Shown one piece after another: positions 41,071 through 51,598 of a stretch of 64,000 nucleotides of DNA. The stretch's first letter is position 1. Each line of letters opens with the position of its first letter. This stretch comes from a virus (lineage: Duplodnaviria > Heunggongvirae > Uroviricota > Caudoviricetes): the IMG/VR virus record IMGVR_UViG_3300012016_000001, positions 1 through 64,000 of that record; one strand, given 5' to 3'. Made by a program: the position numbers and the translations under genes. The notes beneath the pieces are model-generated. The model was not told the origin of the DNA and made no database searches. It worked only from the letters and a program-made list of their open reading frames with translations.

Positions 41071-41337
41071 ATGTTAACAGCTAAAGAAGCTAAGGATATA
41101 TCTGAAAATCCTATTTCTTGGTTAGAATCTCATATATTAAAAGAAGCTAGAAAAGGAAGAACTTCATTAGTTCTAGATTTTTCAATACCTCCGGAATATG
41201 AGAGTCTGCTAGGGAAACTAGGTTATACTGTTACACAAATTCAAGAAGATATATTTGGAGAAACTCCCTATGGATACACAGATGAAGTGATTAGTTGTAA
41301 ATTTAAAACAATTATACAATGGACGGATCCGAAGTAA
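41071..41337 (+). CDS. hypothetical protein
   Basis: 88-aa ORF. Confidence 0.5.
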   Translation: MLTAKEAKDISENPISWLESHILKEARKGRTSLVLDFSIPPEYESLLGKLGYTVTQIQEDIFGETPYGYTDEVISCKFKTIIQWTDPK

Positions 41338-41660
41338 AGAGAAGAAGAAAGGAACTTGAACAATACTTTGAATCTCTTTATGATAAAGACAAAATCTTTA
41401 TAATAGAGAAAGCTAAAGAGTATTCCAACGGAAATAAAGAAATTGCTCAAGCATATCTAGATGGATATAAAGAGTCCATTAGAAATCCTCATACTCGTAT
41501 AATACGTTTAATAGTAATGTATACTCTTGACTATATTCCTTACTATAGAAAGATTCCTACTATTAAACATATAACTACTTGTATAAGAGATATATTTAGA
41601 AACAAACTGTACCCTAAGGAATCATTTAACGAAACAAATGAAGATTCTGATAATTCCTGA
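41319..41660 (+). CDS. hypothetical protein
   Basis: 113-aa ORF. Confidence 0.45.
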   Translation: MDGSEVKRRRKELEQYFESLYDKDKIFIIEKAKEYSNGNKEIAQAYLDGYKESIRNPHTRIIRLIVMYTLDYIPYYRKIPTIKHITTCIRDIFRNKLYPKESFNETNEDSDNS

Positions 41661-42375
41661 TGTACATGGCCGGAGATTCTGGAGAGAACCATGTGAAGAC
41701 ATGTCCCAATGGGATAAAGTAATATTCTTAGGAGATTATGTTGATCCTTATGAAGGAGAAGCTACTAAAAAAGATACTGTAGAAGAGCTTAAATCTATTA
41801 TAGCTCTTAAAGAGATATATAAGGATAAAGTAATATTACTCTGGGGAAATCATGACTTATTTTATTGGTGTAAACCGTACAGGGAAATGCTTGAGTACTG
41901 GTCCAGGCATGACTATAACAGACACGACGAGATACAAACCATTTTTAACCAAGCAAACAGCCTCTTTCAGTTTGCCTATTCGGAAGGTGACATATTATTT
42001 ACTCATGCAGGAGTAAACAATTCTTTTGCACGTTTCTTGGTAGATGATTGTGGATATGACTGTATAAATGCAAAGCATATTAATGATTACTTTGGTAAGG
42101 AAGAAAATCAAAAAGAACTTGCTAAAGTATCTATGTATAGGTGGGGACCAGATAGATATGGAAGTATAGTATGGAGTGATATTCGTGAAATTTATGGGCA
42201 AACCCCTTGTCTAGATTTAGAAGGTATATTCCAAATATTTGGGCATACATATGCAAAAACTTATATTATGACTAAATATTTCGCTATGCTTGACATGGGA
42301 AGAGAGTGGTTTCAACTGTTAGATGGAGTATTATTAGATAAGGATAATAATTTACTAAAAATTACAAAACTATGA
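41638..42375 (+). CDS. metallophosphoesterase (Ser/Thr phosphatase-like)
   Basis: IIPDVHGR, GDYVDPY, GNHD, GHT motifs. Confidence 0.7.
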   Translation: MKILIIPDVHGRRFWREPCEDMSQWDKVIFLGDYVDPYEGEATKKDTVEELKSIIALKEIYKDKVILLWGNHDLFYWCKPYREMLEYWSRHDYNRHDEIQTIFNQANSLFQFAYSEGDILFTHAGVNNSFARFLVDDCGYDCINAKHINDYFGKEENQKELAKVSMYRWGPDRYGSIVWSDIREIYGQTPCLDLEGIFQIFGHTYAKTYIMTKYFAMLDMGREWFQLLDGVLLDKDNNLLKITKL

Positions 42376-42743
42376 TTACTGGTATTGAAAATCTTCCACG
42401 TACAAAACAGAAGGCTGTTTTAGAATTTATTTCTTCAGAATTTGATCTTGATGAGGCTATAAAAATAGATGAAGAAGATGATGATATTATCTTAATTAAT
42501 GATAACAGATATTTTGTTATTCATCCTTATGAAGAAAATGAGTTAATAGATGATGTTAACGATAATAGATTTGAAGCTGCTTTTGAAAATCTATCTGAAG
42601 AACAAAGAAGTTATGTAGACAAAGATAAATGGATAGAGGACAAAGGTTTACAAGATTTTATAGACTACCTTAAATATGAACTAGATGAAATGCCATCTAA
42701 AGATTACTTAGTATTTGGTGGTTATCATTTCTATGAACTTTAA
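42372..42743 (+). CDS. hypothetical acidic protein
   Basis: 123-aa ORF. Confidence 0.5.
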   Translation: MITGIENLPRTKQKAVLEFISSEFDLDEAIKIDEEDDDIILINDNRYFVIHPYEENELIDDVNDNRFEAAFENLSEEQRSYVDKDKWIEDKGLQDFIDYLKYELDEMPSKDYLVFGGYHFYEL

Positions 42744-43204
42744 TGAAGTTTACTGAATATGAAGTCGTTTTAAGGGAAATTCCTGACGAAATAACTTTAG
42801 CTATTAACATAAGTAATTGTCCTTTCCATTGTGAGGGTTGTCATAGCCCTCACTTATGGGAGGATGTAGGAATGAAACTAACTGCCCCTCTTTTATATCA
42901 AATGATTAAGAGGAATAATGGTATTACTTGTGTATCATTTATGGGAGGCCCATTTAAAGAAGTTAGTGTATGGTCGGACTGGATTCACAAAGTGTTTCCT
43001 GATTTAAAAACTGCATGGTATACTGGAGATTCTACTCTTCCCATATTTGAAAATTCATTAGATTATATAAAAGTAGGAAAATATATAAAAGACTTAGGTC
43101 CACTTAATAGTCCTACTACTAATCAAAGACTATATAAGATAGTTAAACTAGAAAGTGGATTTAAAGGAGTTATGAATATTACTCCACGTTTATGGAAAAA
43201 TTAG
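42743..43204 (+). CDS. nrdG: anaerobic RNR activating protein NrdG (radical SAM)
   Basis: CPFHCEGC (CxxxCxxC) motif. Located near nrdD. Confidence 0.75.
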   Translation: MKFTEYEVVLREIPDEITLAINISNCPFHCEGCHSPHLWEDVGMKLTAPLLYQMIKRNNGITCVSFMGGPFKEVSVWSDWIHKVFPDLKTAWYTGDSTLPIFENSLDYIKVGKYIKDLGPLNSPTTNQRLYKIVKLESGFKGVMNITPRLWKN

Positions 43205-43524
43205 AAATGCGATTAATTAAGCCTCTATATGTAAGTTCAAGATATGGATGGCATGAATTCATTCCATTTACAAATAGATGGGATGGACTTGGCGAAGAAA
43301 AACTTCGTCCTGACCAGCAAGAATTTATGATTCCAGAATCTTATTATAGGATAATAGGAGAAGATTTCACTGCTCCTGAATCTTTAGACTTAGACGGAGG
43401 CCCATTTATATCTATAGGAAGTATAATAGAAGATATATTTTATTCAAAAGATAATAGATACAGAATAGATAAATTTGATTGCCGTGGTAAATATCCAATA
43501 CTTATATGCAGCAAATTGCAGTAA
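43192..43524 (+). CDS. hypothetical protein
   Basis: 110-aa ORF. Confidence 0.45.
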   Translation: MEKLEMRLIKPLYVSSRYGWHEFIPFTNRWDGLGEEKLRPDQQEFMIPESYYRIIGEDFTAPESLDLDGGPFISIGSIIEDIFYSKDNRYRIDKFDCRGKYPILICSKLQ

Positions 43525-43673
43525 TTGACTATACATTAGGATGTATAGATATATATACTATTCCAAGGGAAGAAGATCCTCAAGAATGGTTAGACAAGAA
43601 TAATAAATGGAATCCTAGTAGTTGTGAATGGATAGGACACGATGGTATTTTACCTATTACTATTCATGCTTGA
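43506..43673 (+). CDS. small hypothetical protein (55 aa)
   Basis: Fills the gap between track ORFs. Its stop overlaps the helicase start. Confidence 0.3.
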   Translation: MQQIAVIDYTLGCIDIYTIPREEDPQEWLDKNNKWNPSSCEWIGHDGILPITIHA

Positions 43674-45072
43674 TTTTACTAAATTAACTGAAGAACTTAA
43701 GAAACCTAAAAGAGAATTTGAGCTTGGAGAAGAACAACTCCAGGCTCTTTCCCTTATTAAGGACTTTATAAAGAATAGTAAAGATATTGCTTTTTCCTTA
43801 TGTGGTTCTGCAGGAACTGGAAAAACAACGTTGGAAAAAGAAATAATAGATTTTCTAAATGATGAATGGATTGATTATTCATTATGCGCTCCAACACATA
43901 AAGCTGCATTAGTTATGCGTCAAACTACAAAAGAAGATGCTATTACTTTGCATAAGTTATTAGCATTATCTCCTAATGTTGAAATACTTGATTTAGACTT
44001 TAGAGAGTTACAATTTAAAACTTCTAGAGTAGTTAATGCTATAATTCCAAAAAGTGTAGTTATATGTGATGAAGCTTCAATGATTAATGATGATTTATTC
44101 GATCTTCTTATTCAAAAATGTTCAGATAAGAAAGCTAAGATTATATTTTTAAGTGATAGTAAGCAACTTAACCCTGTTAAAAGTAGAAAGTGTTCAAAAG
44201 TATATGATTTACCTAACCAGTTTGAGTTGACTCATATATATAGGCAAGCCCAGGAAAGTGCCCTTACACCGCTTCTAGCAAGGCTCAGAGAGCATAAACT
44301 AGGTCACCTGGACAGTAAGCAAGGTGAGGCAGGAAACCTCATTGTAACCTCTAATATGAAGGAATTTTTAGAGGCAGCTAAAGTGCAATTTTTGGAAGCA
44401 ATTGATACACGAAATATATTGCAAACTAAAATTGCTGCCTATACTAATACGAGAGTATCTCTCTTTAATCAAGCTATTCGTAACTTTTTATGGAATGATG
44501 AAGAGCCCTATCATAAGGGTGAATTTTTAACTTCTTACGAAAATGCTGATTTTGAAGGTACAATGTTCTATAACTCAATGGATTACGTAGTTGCAAATGA
44601 ACCTGAAGAAGTTACTACTGAACTTCCTCACTTCTATGCAAAGGTAAAAGGTTATCTTTTAGATTTATGGGATGCCTATGATAAATACACAAAAGAGTGT
44701 TTTATTCTATCTAAAGATAATCCAGAAATTGTTTTTGAACAATTAGCATCTATCCTTGAAGCGATAAGATTCAAAGCAATTGAATCCAAACAAACTAGTT
44801 CCTTTAAAGCCTCTTTATATTGGAAACAATATTATGAATTACTTCATAGTTTTGTGACTCCTATACCATTGGTTTATGAAGGGAGAGTTGTTAGAAAGAA
44901 GTCTTTTGATTACGGTTATGCTTCTACTTCACATAAGTTACAAGGTTCCACTTATAATACGATATTCGTAGATTTAAGGAATATTAATACTTGTACTGAT
45001 GAAGCTGTTAAAAAACAATTACAATATGTAGCTTTATCTAGGACTAGAACTGATGCTTATGTATTACAATGA
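43666..45072 (+). CDS. Dda/RecD-like superfamily 1 DNA helicase
   Basis: GSAGTGKTT, CAPTHKAA, VICDEASMI, SHKLQGSTY, YVALSRTR motifs. Confidence 0.8.
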   Translation: MLDFTKLTEELKKPKREFELGEEQLQALSLIKDFIKNSKDIAFSLCGSAGTGKTTLEKEIIDFLNDEWIDYSLCAPTHKAALVMRQTTKEDAITLHKLLALSPNVEILDLDFRELQFKTSRVVNAIIPKSVVICDEASMINDDLFDLLIQKCSDKKAKIIFLSDSKQLNPVKSRKCSKVYDLPNQFELTHIYRQAQESALTPLLARLREHKLGHLDSKQGEAGNLIVTSNMKEFLEAAKVQFLEAIDTRNILQTKIAAYTNTRVSLFNQAIRNFLWNDEEPYHKGEFLTSYENADFEGTMFYNSMDYVVANEPEEVTTELPHFYAKVKGYLLDLWDAYDKYTKECFILSKDNPEIVFEQLASILEAIRFKAIESKQTSSFKASLYWKQYYELLHSFVTPIPLVYEGRVVRKKSFDYGYASTSHKLQGSTYNTIFVDLRNINTCTDEAVKKQLQYVALSRTRTDAYVLQ

Positions 45073-45254
45073 TAGCTACTATTAATGTAAGTGAAGACAT
45101 ATTAAAAAGATTTAAAGGTTTTGAAATTCACTCATACTATGATAACTTTAGTATACCTATAGCTTATATAGAAGAAGCTGGACAGATAAAATTCATAATT
45201 TACAATGCCGATTATGATAGAATTAGTGCTTGTATCAAAAAACTTAGAGGATGA
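45069..45254 (+). CDS. hypothetical protein
   Basis: 61-aa ORF. Confidence 0.4.
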   Translation: MIATINVSEDILKRFKGFEIHSYYDNFSIPIAYIEEAGQIKFIIYNADYDRISACIKKLRG

Positions 45255-45495
45255 ACAGAAAGTCTTGTCTAGAGAATCTCCTAGCGGGTATTATTTTTCT
45301 TTTCTTGATCTTGGCTCTAAGTTATGCAGGACTGATGCTTTTGCATTAAAAAGTGAGTGGGGAGCAAGAGAAGACCCGTTTGCCTTAGTAAAAGATAAAG
45401 ATAAAGTACTTAGATGTTTTTATAGCGAAAAAGGTAATAATGTAATAGATGAGGCTTTAGAATTTATAAAATGTTTACAGGAAAGTTATGATTGA
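45205..45495 (+). CDS. hypothetical protein (start uncertain)
   Basis: 96-aa ORF overlapping the upstream gene by 50 nt. Confidence 0.4.
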   Translation: MPIMIELVLVSKNLEDEQKVLSRESPSGYYFSFLDLGSKLCRTDAFALKSEWGAREDPFALVKDKDKVLRCFYSEKGNNVIDEALEFIKCLQESYD

Positions 45496-45919
45496 AGTTC
45501 TTGTTAAAAAAGATGACTCTATTGAGTATCCAAAGTATGAAACTCCTCAAAGTGCTGGAGCTGATCTTAGAAGTAAAATAGATACAATCGTACCTGCTAA
45601 TGGCAGAGTATTAATTCCAACTGGACTATTTATTACTTTGCCAAATGGTTATGAAGCACAAGTAAGACCTCGTAGTGGCTTAGCTCTTAAAAAAGGAATT
45701 ACAGTACTTAATACTCCAGGTACTATAGATGCTGATTATAGAGGAGAAGTAGGAGTTATTCTATTTAATACTACAAATAAAGATTTCCCTGTAGCAAAAG
45801 GAGATAGAATTGCTCAATTAGTCCTTAATAAGGTAGAACAGATTAAATGGATTGAAGTGAACGAACTGGATAAAACAGAACGTGGAGATGGTGGTTTTGG
45901 TTCAACTAAAATTAAGTAA
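45488..45919 (+). CDS. dut: dUTP pyrophosphatase
   Basis: [46 protein letters not shown] motifs. Confidence 0.9.
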   Translation: MIEVLVKKDDSIEYPKYETPQSAGADLRSKIDTIVPANGRVLIPTGLFITLPNGYEAQVRPRSGLALKKGITVLNTPGTIDADYRGEVGVILFNTTNKDFPVAKGDRIAQLVLNKVEQIKWIEVNELDKTERGDGGFGSTKIK

Positions 45920-45921
45920 TT

Positions 45922-46278
45922 ATGAAAAAGTTTCAAGAATTAATTTCGGATAATACAAGTGCCTCACTAAAGCGTCGTGCTGCTCAAATTTCAACAAGTG
46001 CTGAAATTGCACAACAAAACTTAGTCAATGCTTTAAAGCAAGAAAAAACTAATGTAGAATTAAAGATTGCTAGTCTTACTGATTTAGCTCCAGATTCAAC
46101 TGAGTCATTACGTCCAGGTTCAAAGGACTGGGATGCAGTAACTTGGGTAAAGAATCTACAAAATGCCAAACAAGAACTTTATCAAATTGAGATTCAACTT
46201 AAGCTTGCCCAAGAAACATTTGACGAATATTTTACTGATAAAGAATGGATGGTATATCTTGTCAAGAAGAACTCATAA
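45922..46278 (+). CDS. hypothetical protein
   Basis: 118-aa ORF. Confidence 0.5.
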   Translation: MKKFQELISDNTSASLKRRAAQISTSAEIAQQNLVNALKQEKTNVELKIASLTDLAPDSTESLRPGSKDWDAVTWVKNLQNAKQELYQIEIQLKLAQETFDEYFTDKEWMVYLVKKNS

Positions 46279-46709
46279 CTGAACGTTATGATTATCTTAA
46301 AAAGAATATGACTCCAGACTCCCATCTTTCTATATTCAGTATAGCAAACTGGAAAGACCCATGGGGGTTTGGAAGAGATAATGTAGTAAAAGCTGATGAC
46401 TTATACGCTGAAGTATTACTTTCACTTGGATACGTATCTAATCTTAATGAATGTAATACTTTAAGTGAAGACGAAGATAGTGGTCTTATATTTATTACAT
46501 TAAAATCAAAAGATCAATTTGGAATAGTATATATAGTTGATAGTTATTCAGATCTTCCAGAGTATATTGAGGATTTGTTTAATCACGTTGCTGTTCAAGT
46601 TCCTAATAAAGTTCCAGTTCAACTTAAACAAGTATCTAAACCTAATAAACCAGATAATCTTGTTATTAACAGAATGAAATTATTCAATAATGACTTACCA
46701 ACTCTTTAG
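46245..46709 (+). CDS. hypothetical protein (alternative start at 46308; TAG-TAA tandem stop)
   Basis: 154-aa ORF. Confidence 0.45.
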   Translation: MDGISCQEELITERYDYLKKNMTPDSHLSIFSIANWKDPWGFGRDNVVKADDLYAEVLLSLGYVSNLNECNTLSEDEDSGLIFITLKSKDQFGIVYIVDSYSDLPEYIEDLFNHVAVQVPNKVPVQLKQVSKPNKPDNLVINRMKLFNNDLPTL

Positions 46710-46989
46710 TAAGGGTATTAAAAAATACCAAGATTTCAATGAAATCTTGGATAAATTGGATGACTTAGGTCTTCATTTAGTTGAATCTAATCTGATAGAA
46801 GATGCATATTCAATATTTGATATTTGGATAGAAAGTATTCTTAATGAAGAAGGTCAAGATTTAATCTATTGGTGGTTATTTGAAGATGTAGAAAAGATTA
46901 TATATGAAGATGGAAAGTCTGATATTAATGTTGAAAAACTAGAAGACTTATATACATATATGCACTCTTTAAATATGTTTAAGTTATAA
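46690..46989 (+). CDS. hypothetical protein
   Basis: 99-aa ORF. Confidence 0.45.
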   Translation: MTYQLFSKGIKKYQDFNEILDKLDDLGLHLVESNLIEDAYSIFDIWIESILNEEGQDLIYWWLFEDVEKIIYEDGKSDINVEKLEDLYTYMHSLNMFKL

Positions 46990-47002
46990 CAATGGGAGAA
47001 AA

Positions 47003-47503
47003 TTGAATATGCTAGACATTGATAACATACATGTTGATTTAGATATAGTATTATCTAAAAAGACTACATTAAAGCAGTTACTTAATCCAACTGAGTTAGC
47101 TTCTTTAAAGTCTAAAGCTATTAAAAACCACTATGATGATGCAGCCATAATGGAAGCAGCTCATAGGCTTATTAAAGAGAACATTGCAGATTACTTAGAT
47201 AATTCTGATTTTCTTGATGCTAATGTAATATTAGAAACAGACCCTTATATAATTAAGGCTATGGAACTAATGCAAGCTAGTCAACGAGACGCTGGAATAT
47301 TACTTGTAGAAAAAGAGTATAAATATCCGGGATGTTGGGTAAATGATATAGCTAATGCATTAAGAGAACTTAAATGTAGTAGTGATATGTATAACACATT
47401 GGTATGGGATGCTTATTATGTACATAATTATACTAATAATGAAAATATCCCGGGATGGAAAAACCTTCAAGATGTGTTAGAAGATTACTATGACACACTA
47501 TGA
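47003..47503 (+). CDS. hypothetical protein
   Basis: 166-aa ORF (TTG start or ATG at 47009). Confidence 0.5.
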   Translation: MNMLDIDNIHVDLDIVLSKKTTLKQLLNPTELASLKSKAIKNHYDDAAIMEAAHRLIKENIADYLDNSDFLDANVILETDPYIIKAMELMQASQRDAGILLVEKEYKYPGCWVNDIANALRELKCSSDMYNTLVWDAYYVHNYTNNENIPGWKNLQDVLEDYYDTL

Positions 47504-48708
47504 CATTAGTTACTAGAGACAGTAAAGGTAAAATCAGAGTCGTTGATATATGGACGAATCACGACTCTGATTCCTCTACTATATGTAGAGAGACTTACCA
47601 ATATCTAGGAAAACATACAAGACAACCTGATATTGTAATAGAAGCTGGAAAAGCTGGGCGTGATATTGCAGCACAATGTGAATTACAATTTATGTCTCAG
47701 TTAAAAAGTTATAAAGATAAAGGTTATAAAGAATTAGAAAAAGACATATCTAAGTATACAGAAAAAGAACTAAATGAAATAGTTGGAGATACTATTACTA
47801 ATCAGCATGGTGTACAAAAACCCATGTTAGCTAAGCAAGCTGACAAAGTGTCTCAAAAGGCTATTGATAAAGTTCCTTACTGGTACGCGAGCAGAAAAAT
47901 AGATGGAGTACGCTGTTCTTTCTATTTAGATGGGGATACTATAAGAACATCTAGTAGAGGAGGAGAGGACTACGATTGTGCTTGTATGCACTTTATAAAT
48001 AATGAAAAATTAAAGAAATTCTATGAAAGGCATCCTGGAATAGTCTTAGATGGTGAACTATATAAACACGGACGGAGCCTTCAACAAATCTCAGGCGCTG
48101 CAAGACTTGAAAAGAATGCTGTAGACTGTGACTGGCTAGAATATTATATTTATGACATCGTAGACACTAACAGAACGTTTGAAGAAAGACTTAAAGTGTT
48201 GGCTGCAATTAAATATGAACTTGGACTCGGATTCAATCCAGAAAGAGAATGGAAAGAAGGAGAACTACAGTTCCAAATGGTTCCACAACAAAAGGTGTCT
48301 GGCTTCAAGAATATAAATATACTTCACGATATTTATGTATCAGAAGGATGGGAAGGAGTCGTTATCAGAGACCCATCTAAAGTGTATAGACCTAATGGGC
48401 GTACCAATGATATGATAAAATTTAAGAAGTATAAAGATGCAGAATTTTTAGTTATAGATTATGAACTAGGTCTTAGAGGTACTGAAGATATGACCTTTAC
48501 TTGTACTACTCCTGCTGGACTAGAGTTTAAGGCTAAGCCTTGGGGAGATAGAGCTATTAAAGAGGAATATGTAAAGAACTTTAAAACTAAGTATCAATAT
48601 AAGTTAGCAAAGATTAAGTTTTTCTATTATTCTAACGGAAATAATGAAAAGACTGGAGTTCCACTTCAACCATCACTTATATGTTTCCGTGATAAATCTG
48701 ATATGTAA
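47500..48708 (+). CDS. ATP-dependent DNA ligase
   Basis: Nucleotidyltransferase motifs: I SRKIDGVRC, III LDGELY, IV EGVVIRD, V MIKFKKYKD. Confidence 0.7.
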   Translation: MTLVTRDSKGKIRVVDIWTNHDSDSSTICRETYQYLGKHTRQPDIVIEAGKAGRDIAAQCELQFMSQLKSYKDKGYKELEKDISKYTEKELNEIVGDTITNQHGVQKPMLAKQADKVSQKAIDKVPYWYASRKIDGVRCSFYLDGDTIRTSSRGGEDYDCACMHFINNEKLKKFYERHPGIVLDGELYKHGRSLQQISGAARLEKNAVDCDWLEYYIYDIVDTNRTFEERLKVLAAIKYELGLGFNPEREWKEGELQFQMVPQQKVSGFKNINILHDIYVSEGWEGVVIRDPSKVYRPNGRTNDMIKFKKYKDAEFLVIDYELGLRGTEDMTFTCTTPAGLEFKAKPWGDRAIKEEYVKNFKTKYQYKLAKIKFFYYSNGNNEKTGVPLQPSLICFRDKSDM

Positions 48709-48890
48709 TGTTTATAACTATTAGTGATTTTGATGGAAATGTTATAAAGTTAAATAAATCTTTAATAAATAGATTGTTTCCTAATGCCTGTGTAGATATT
48801 AATAGTTATGAAAAAGCTATGGAAACTCTAGGTATTGAATCTTTTGATAAGGTTATAGACGGAAAAATAAAATTACATATTAGAAAATGA
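48708..48890 (+). CDS. hypothetical protein
   Basis: 60-aa ORF. Confidence 0.4.
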   Translation: MFITISDFDGNVIKLNKSLINRLFPNACVDINSYEKAMETLGIESFDKVIDGKIKLHIRK

Positions 48891-49162
48891 TTCCTTCTAA
48901 GTTTAAAATTGGAGCACAGTGGTTTACTGTAGAATTTGTAGATGAATTAGATGAAGAATATGGAGAATTTAGCTATACTCCTCCTATTATAAAGATAGCG
49001 AAAACATTAGACGGAGAGGAAATTCCTCAAAACCAGCTAGAAGCAACTTTCTGGCATGAATTTTTTCATGCTTTTCAGTACATGTTTAATTGTGAGACCG
49101 ATGAAACACAAGCTCAATGTTTTTCTAACTTTATGATGGAGTTTTTAGAAACTAGACAATGA
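48887..49162 (+). CDS. small HExxH motif protein (metallopeptidase-like)
   Basis: FWHEFFHAF. Confidence 0.4.
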   Translation: MIPSKFKIGAQWFTVEFVDELDEEYGEFSYTPPIIKIAKTLDGEEIPQNQLEATFWHEFFHAFQYMFNCETDETQAQCFSNFMMEFLETRQ

Positions 49163-50553
49163 AATTACAAGTAAGTAAAAATGCAAACGTAAACTACCTT
49201 TCTAAGGTAATAGAAATAAAAGAATTTGTTAAGCATCCAGATCCCAAAGTTGAAAGAATTAAGTGTGCCGTAGTAGATGGATTTATAATTACAATAGGAA
49301 TAGATAGTCAGCCTGGTAAATATGTCTATTTTCCTGTGTTATCACAGATAAATCCTAATCTATTACAATATCTTAATTTATATAGGAATGCTGAAAAGAA
49401 TAAAGACCCAGAGAAAACTGGATATTTTGAAGATAAAGGAATAGTAAAAGCAATCAACTTAAGAGGTGTAAAATCGGAAGGTTTCCTACTTCCCTTAGTA
49501 GACTTACAAAACTTTATTATAGACCAAGTTAATGTTGATTTAGGAGATGTAGAGGCTAATGTTGAATTTGATGAAGTAGAACATGAAGGTAAAACGTTCT
49601 GGATATCGAAAAAGTACGTCGTCCCTGTTAGAGGTGAAGGAACTCAATCACAAGGTGGAAAAGTACGCAAGCAAAAGAAAGGACTCGATAAAATTATTGA
49701 CTCCCAATTTAGATTCCATTATGACACAGTTATTCTTAAGAAATGTCCTTACGTAATTCAACCCGATGACCTTATACACATTAGCAGCAAGTGGCACGGC
49801 ACTTCTGGTATATCTGCTTACGTGCTATGTCATAAGAAACTTAACTGGAAAGAACGCATCGCTAGATGGTTAACTGGAGAATCATTTGATACTTATGACT
49901 ATATATATGCTTCTCGTACTGTAATTAAAAATAAATATTACAATGAGGGAGTAACGTCAGGTTATTATGATTGCGATGTATGGAAATACGCAGATGAATA
50001 TATTAGACCTTTTCTAGATAAAGGAATGACTGCCTATTATGAAATAGTCGGCTATCTTCCTAATGGAAAAATGATACAAAAAGATTATGATTATGGATGT
50101 GTTCCTCCTGTAAAAATAATTGACCCAAATACAGGTAAAGAGGTAGTTCAATATAAACAAGGAAAACAATTTAAGGTATATGTTTATAGAATAACTCTTA
50201 CTAATGTAGATGGTAAAGTACACGAATTTTCTGCACATGAAGTACAAATATGGTGTAAACAGAGGAGCATTATGCCAGTTCTAGAATACTATTATGGTTA
50301 TGCCAGGGATTTATATCCAGATGCTGTCGGAGATAATTGGTCTGTTAATTTCATGGATAATCTTGCCAATGATAAGAATTTTCATATGGAGCAGAATTCG
50401 CCTGAGTGCATTAATAAAGTTCCTCATGAAGGATTAGTCATTAAGAAAGAATCTATGAAATCAGAGGCTTGGAAAGTTAAGTGTTTTAAATTCTTAGGTA
50501 AAGAACAAGACGCTGCTCTTGCTGGAGAGACTAATATTGAGGACAATGCGTGA
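49159..50553 (+). CDS. RNA ligase (Rnl2-like nucleotidyltransferase)
   Basis: Motif I-like SSKWHGTSG (compare KxHGxN of T4 Rnl2), motif IV HEGLVIK, motif V WKVKCFKF. Confidence 0.5.
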   Translation: MKLQVSKNANVNYLSKVIEIKEFVKHPDPKVERIKCAVVDGFIITIGIDSQPGKYVYFPVLSQINPNLLQYLNLYRNAEKNKDPEKTGYFEDKGIVKAINLRGVKSEGFLLPLVDLQNFIIDQVNVDLGDVEANVEFDEVEHEGKTFWISKKYVVPVRGEGTQSQGGKVRKQKKGLDKIIDSQFRFHYDTVILKKCPYVIQPDDLIHISSKWHGTSGISAYVLCHKKLNWKERIARWLTGESFDTYDYIYASRTVIKNKYYNEGVTSGYYDCDVWKYADEYIRPFLDKGMTAYYEIVGYLPNGKMIQKDYDYGCVPPVKIIDPNTGKEVVQYKQGKQFKVYVYRITLTNVDGKVHEFSAHEVQIWCKQRSIMPVLEYYYGYARDLYPDAVGDNWSVNFMDNLANDKNFHMEQNSPECINKVPHEGLVIKKESMKSEAWKVKCFKFLGKEQDAALAGETNIEDNA

Positions 50554-51395
50554 AACAAATAACGATTAAACAAAGTATTACCAATAGAGATAGGGATTCT
50601 GTTAATCTTTATCTCAAGGATATTGGTAAAGTAAAGCTCTTATCTGCTGAACAAGAAAAAGAAATAGCTCGTAAGGCTAAGGCAGGAGATAAGAGAGCAA
50701 GAGATAGACTTATTGCAGCTAATACTAGATTTGTTATTACAGTAGCTAAACAATATCAAGGACAAGGTCTAGATTTAGAAGATTTAATAAGTGAAGGTAA
50801 TATAGGTCTTATTAAGGCAGCTGATAAATTTGACCCAGATAAAGGATATAAATTTATTTCCTATGCTGTATGGTGGATAAGACAATCTATATTACAAGCA
50901 TTATCAGATAAATCTAGAACTATAAGATTACCTTTAAATCAAGTGGCTATGCTTAATAAAGTAAGAAAAGCTATTTCTGAATTTGCAGGTAAAAATGAAA
51001 GAGACCCTTCAATGAAGGAACTTTCTGAAATTACTGGTATAAATGAATCTAAAATTACTAGTATTCTTAATATGTCAGTACATATGTTATCTGTAGATTC
51101 TCCATTTAAAGATGAAGAAGAAGGTACTCTTATTGATATTATCCCAAATAATAATAGTCCAAAAGCTGATGCAGCACTTATAAAAGCATCTAAAGAGCAT
51201 GACCTTGTTAAGATATTATCTATACTTGGTCCACGTTCTCATGATATAATTCGTATGTACTTTGGACTGGGGGTTAGAGAAATGACTCTAGATGAAATAG
51301 GAAATAAATTTGGAGTTACTAGTGAAAGAATAAGACAGTTAAAGGAAAAAGCGTTAGATGCTATTAAACCAAATGTTCAAAAATATCTAAAGTGA
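50550..51395 (+). CDS. sigma-70 family RNA polymerase sigma factor
   Basis: Region 2 (FVITVAKQYQGQGLDLEDLISEGNIGLIKAADKFDP...YAVWWIRQ) and region 4.2 (TLDEIGNKFGVTSERIRQL). Confidence 0.85.
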   Translation: MKQITIKQSITNRDRDSVNLYLKDIGKVKLLSAEQEKEIARKAKAGDKRARDRLIAANTRFVITVAKQYQGQGLDLEDLISEGNIGLIKAADKFDPDKGYKFISYAVWWIRQSILQALSDKSRTIRLPLNQVAMLNKVRKAISEFAGKNERDPSMKELSEITGINESKITSILNMSVHMLSVDSPFKDEEEGTLIDIIPNNNSPKADAALIKASKEHDLVKILSILGPRSHDIIRMYFGLGVREMTLDEIGNKFGVTSERIRQLKEKALDAIKPNVQKYLK

Positions 51396-51598
51396 GATTC
51401 TTAGTCGAATTTGAAGAAAATATAACTACTCGTAGAATGGTAAGAGCTATAATAGAAGCTGATTCAGAGAAGGATATCAAAGATGAGATATTTGAAGGTA
51501 ACTATGAAGTAGATGATTGTTTTGATTGTTATGATACAGATTGGGAATTCATAAATATAAATAGTATTAAACCTTATGATAAAAACGTGGAAAGTTAA
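51392..51598 (+). CDS. hypothetical protein
   Basis: 68-aa ORF with GTGA overlap. Confidence 0.4.
   Translation: MRFLVEFEENITTRRMVRAIIEADSEKDIKDEIFEGNYEVDDCFDCYDTDWEFININSIKPYDKNVES

Noticed and set aside
20907-46709. TAG stops of 20424-20909, 30606-31631, 46245-46709 and 53661-53789 as further evidence of TAG read-through.
   Set aside because: Another stop follows within 0-18 codons, so the extended products are indistinguishable from normal termination and the stops are uninformative either way.
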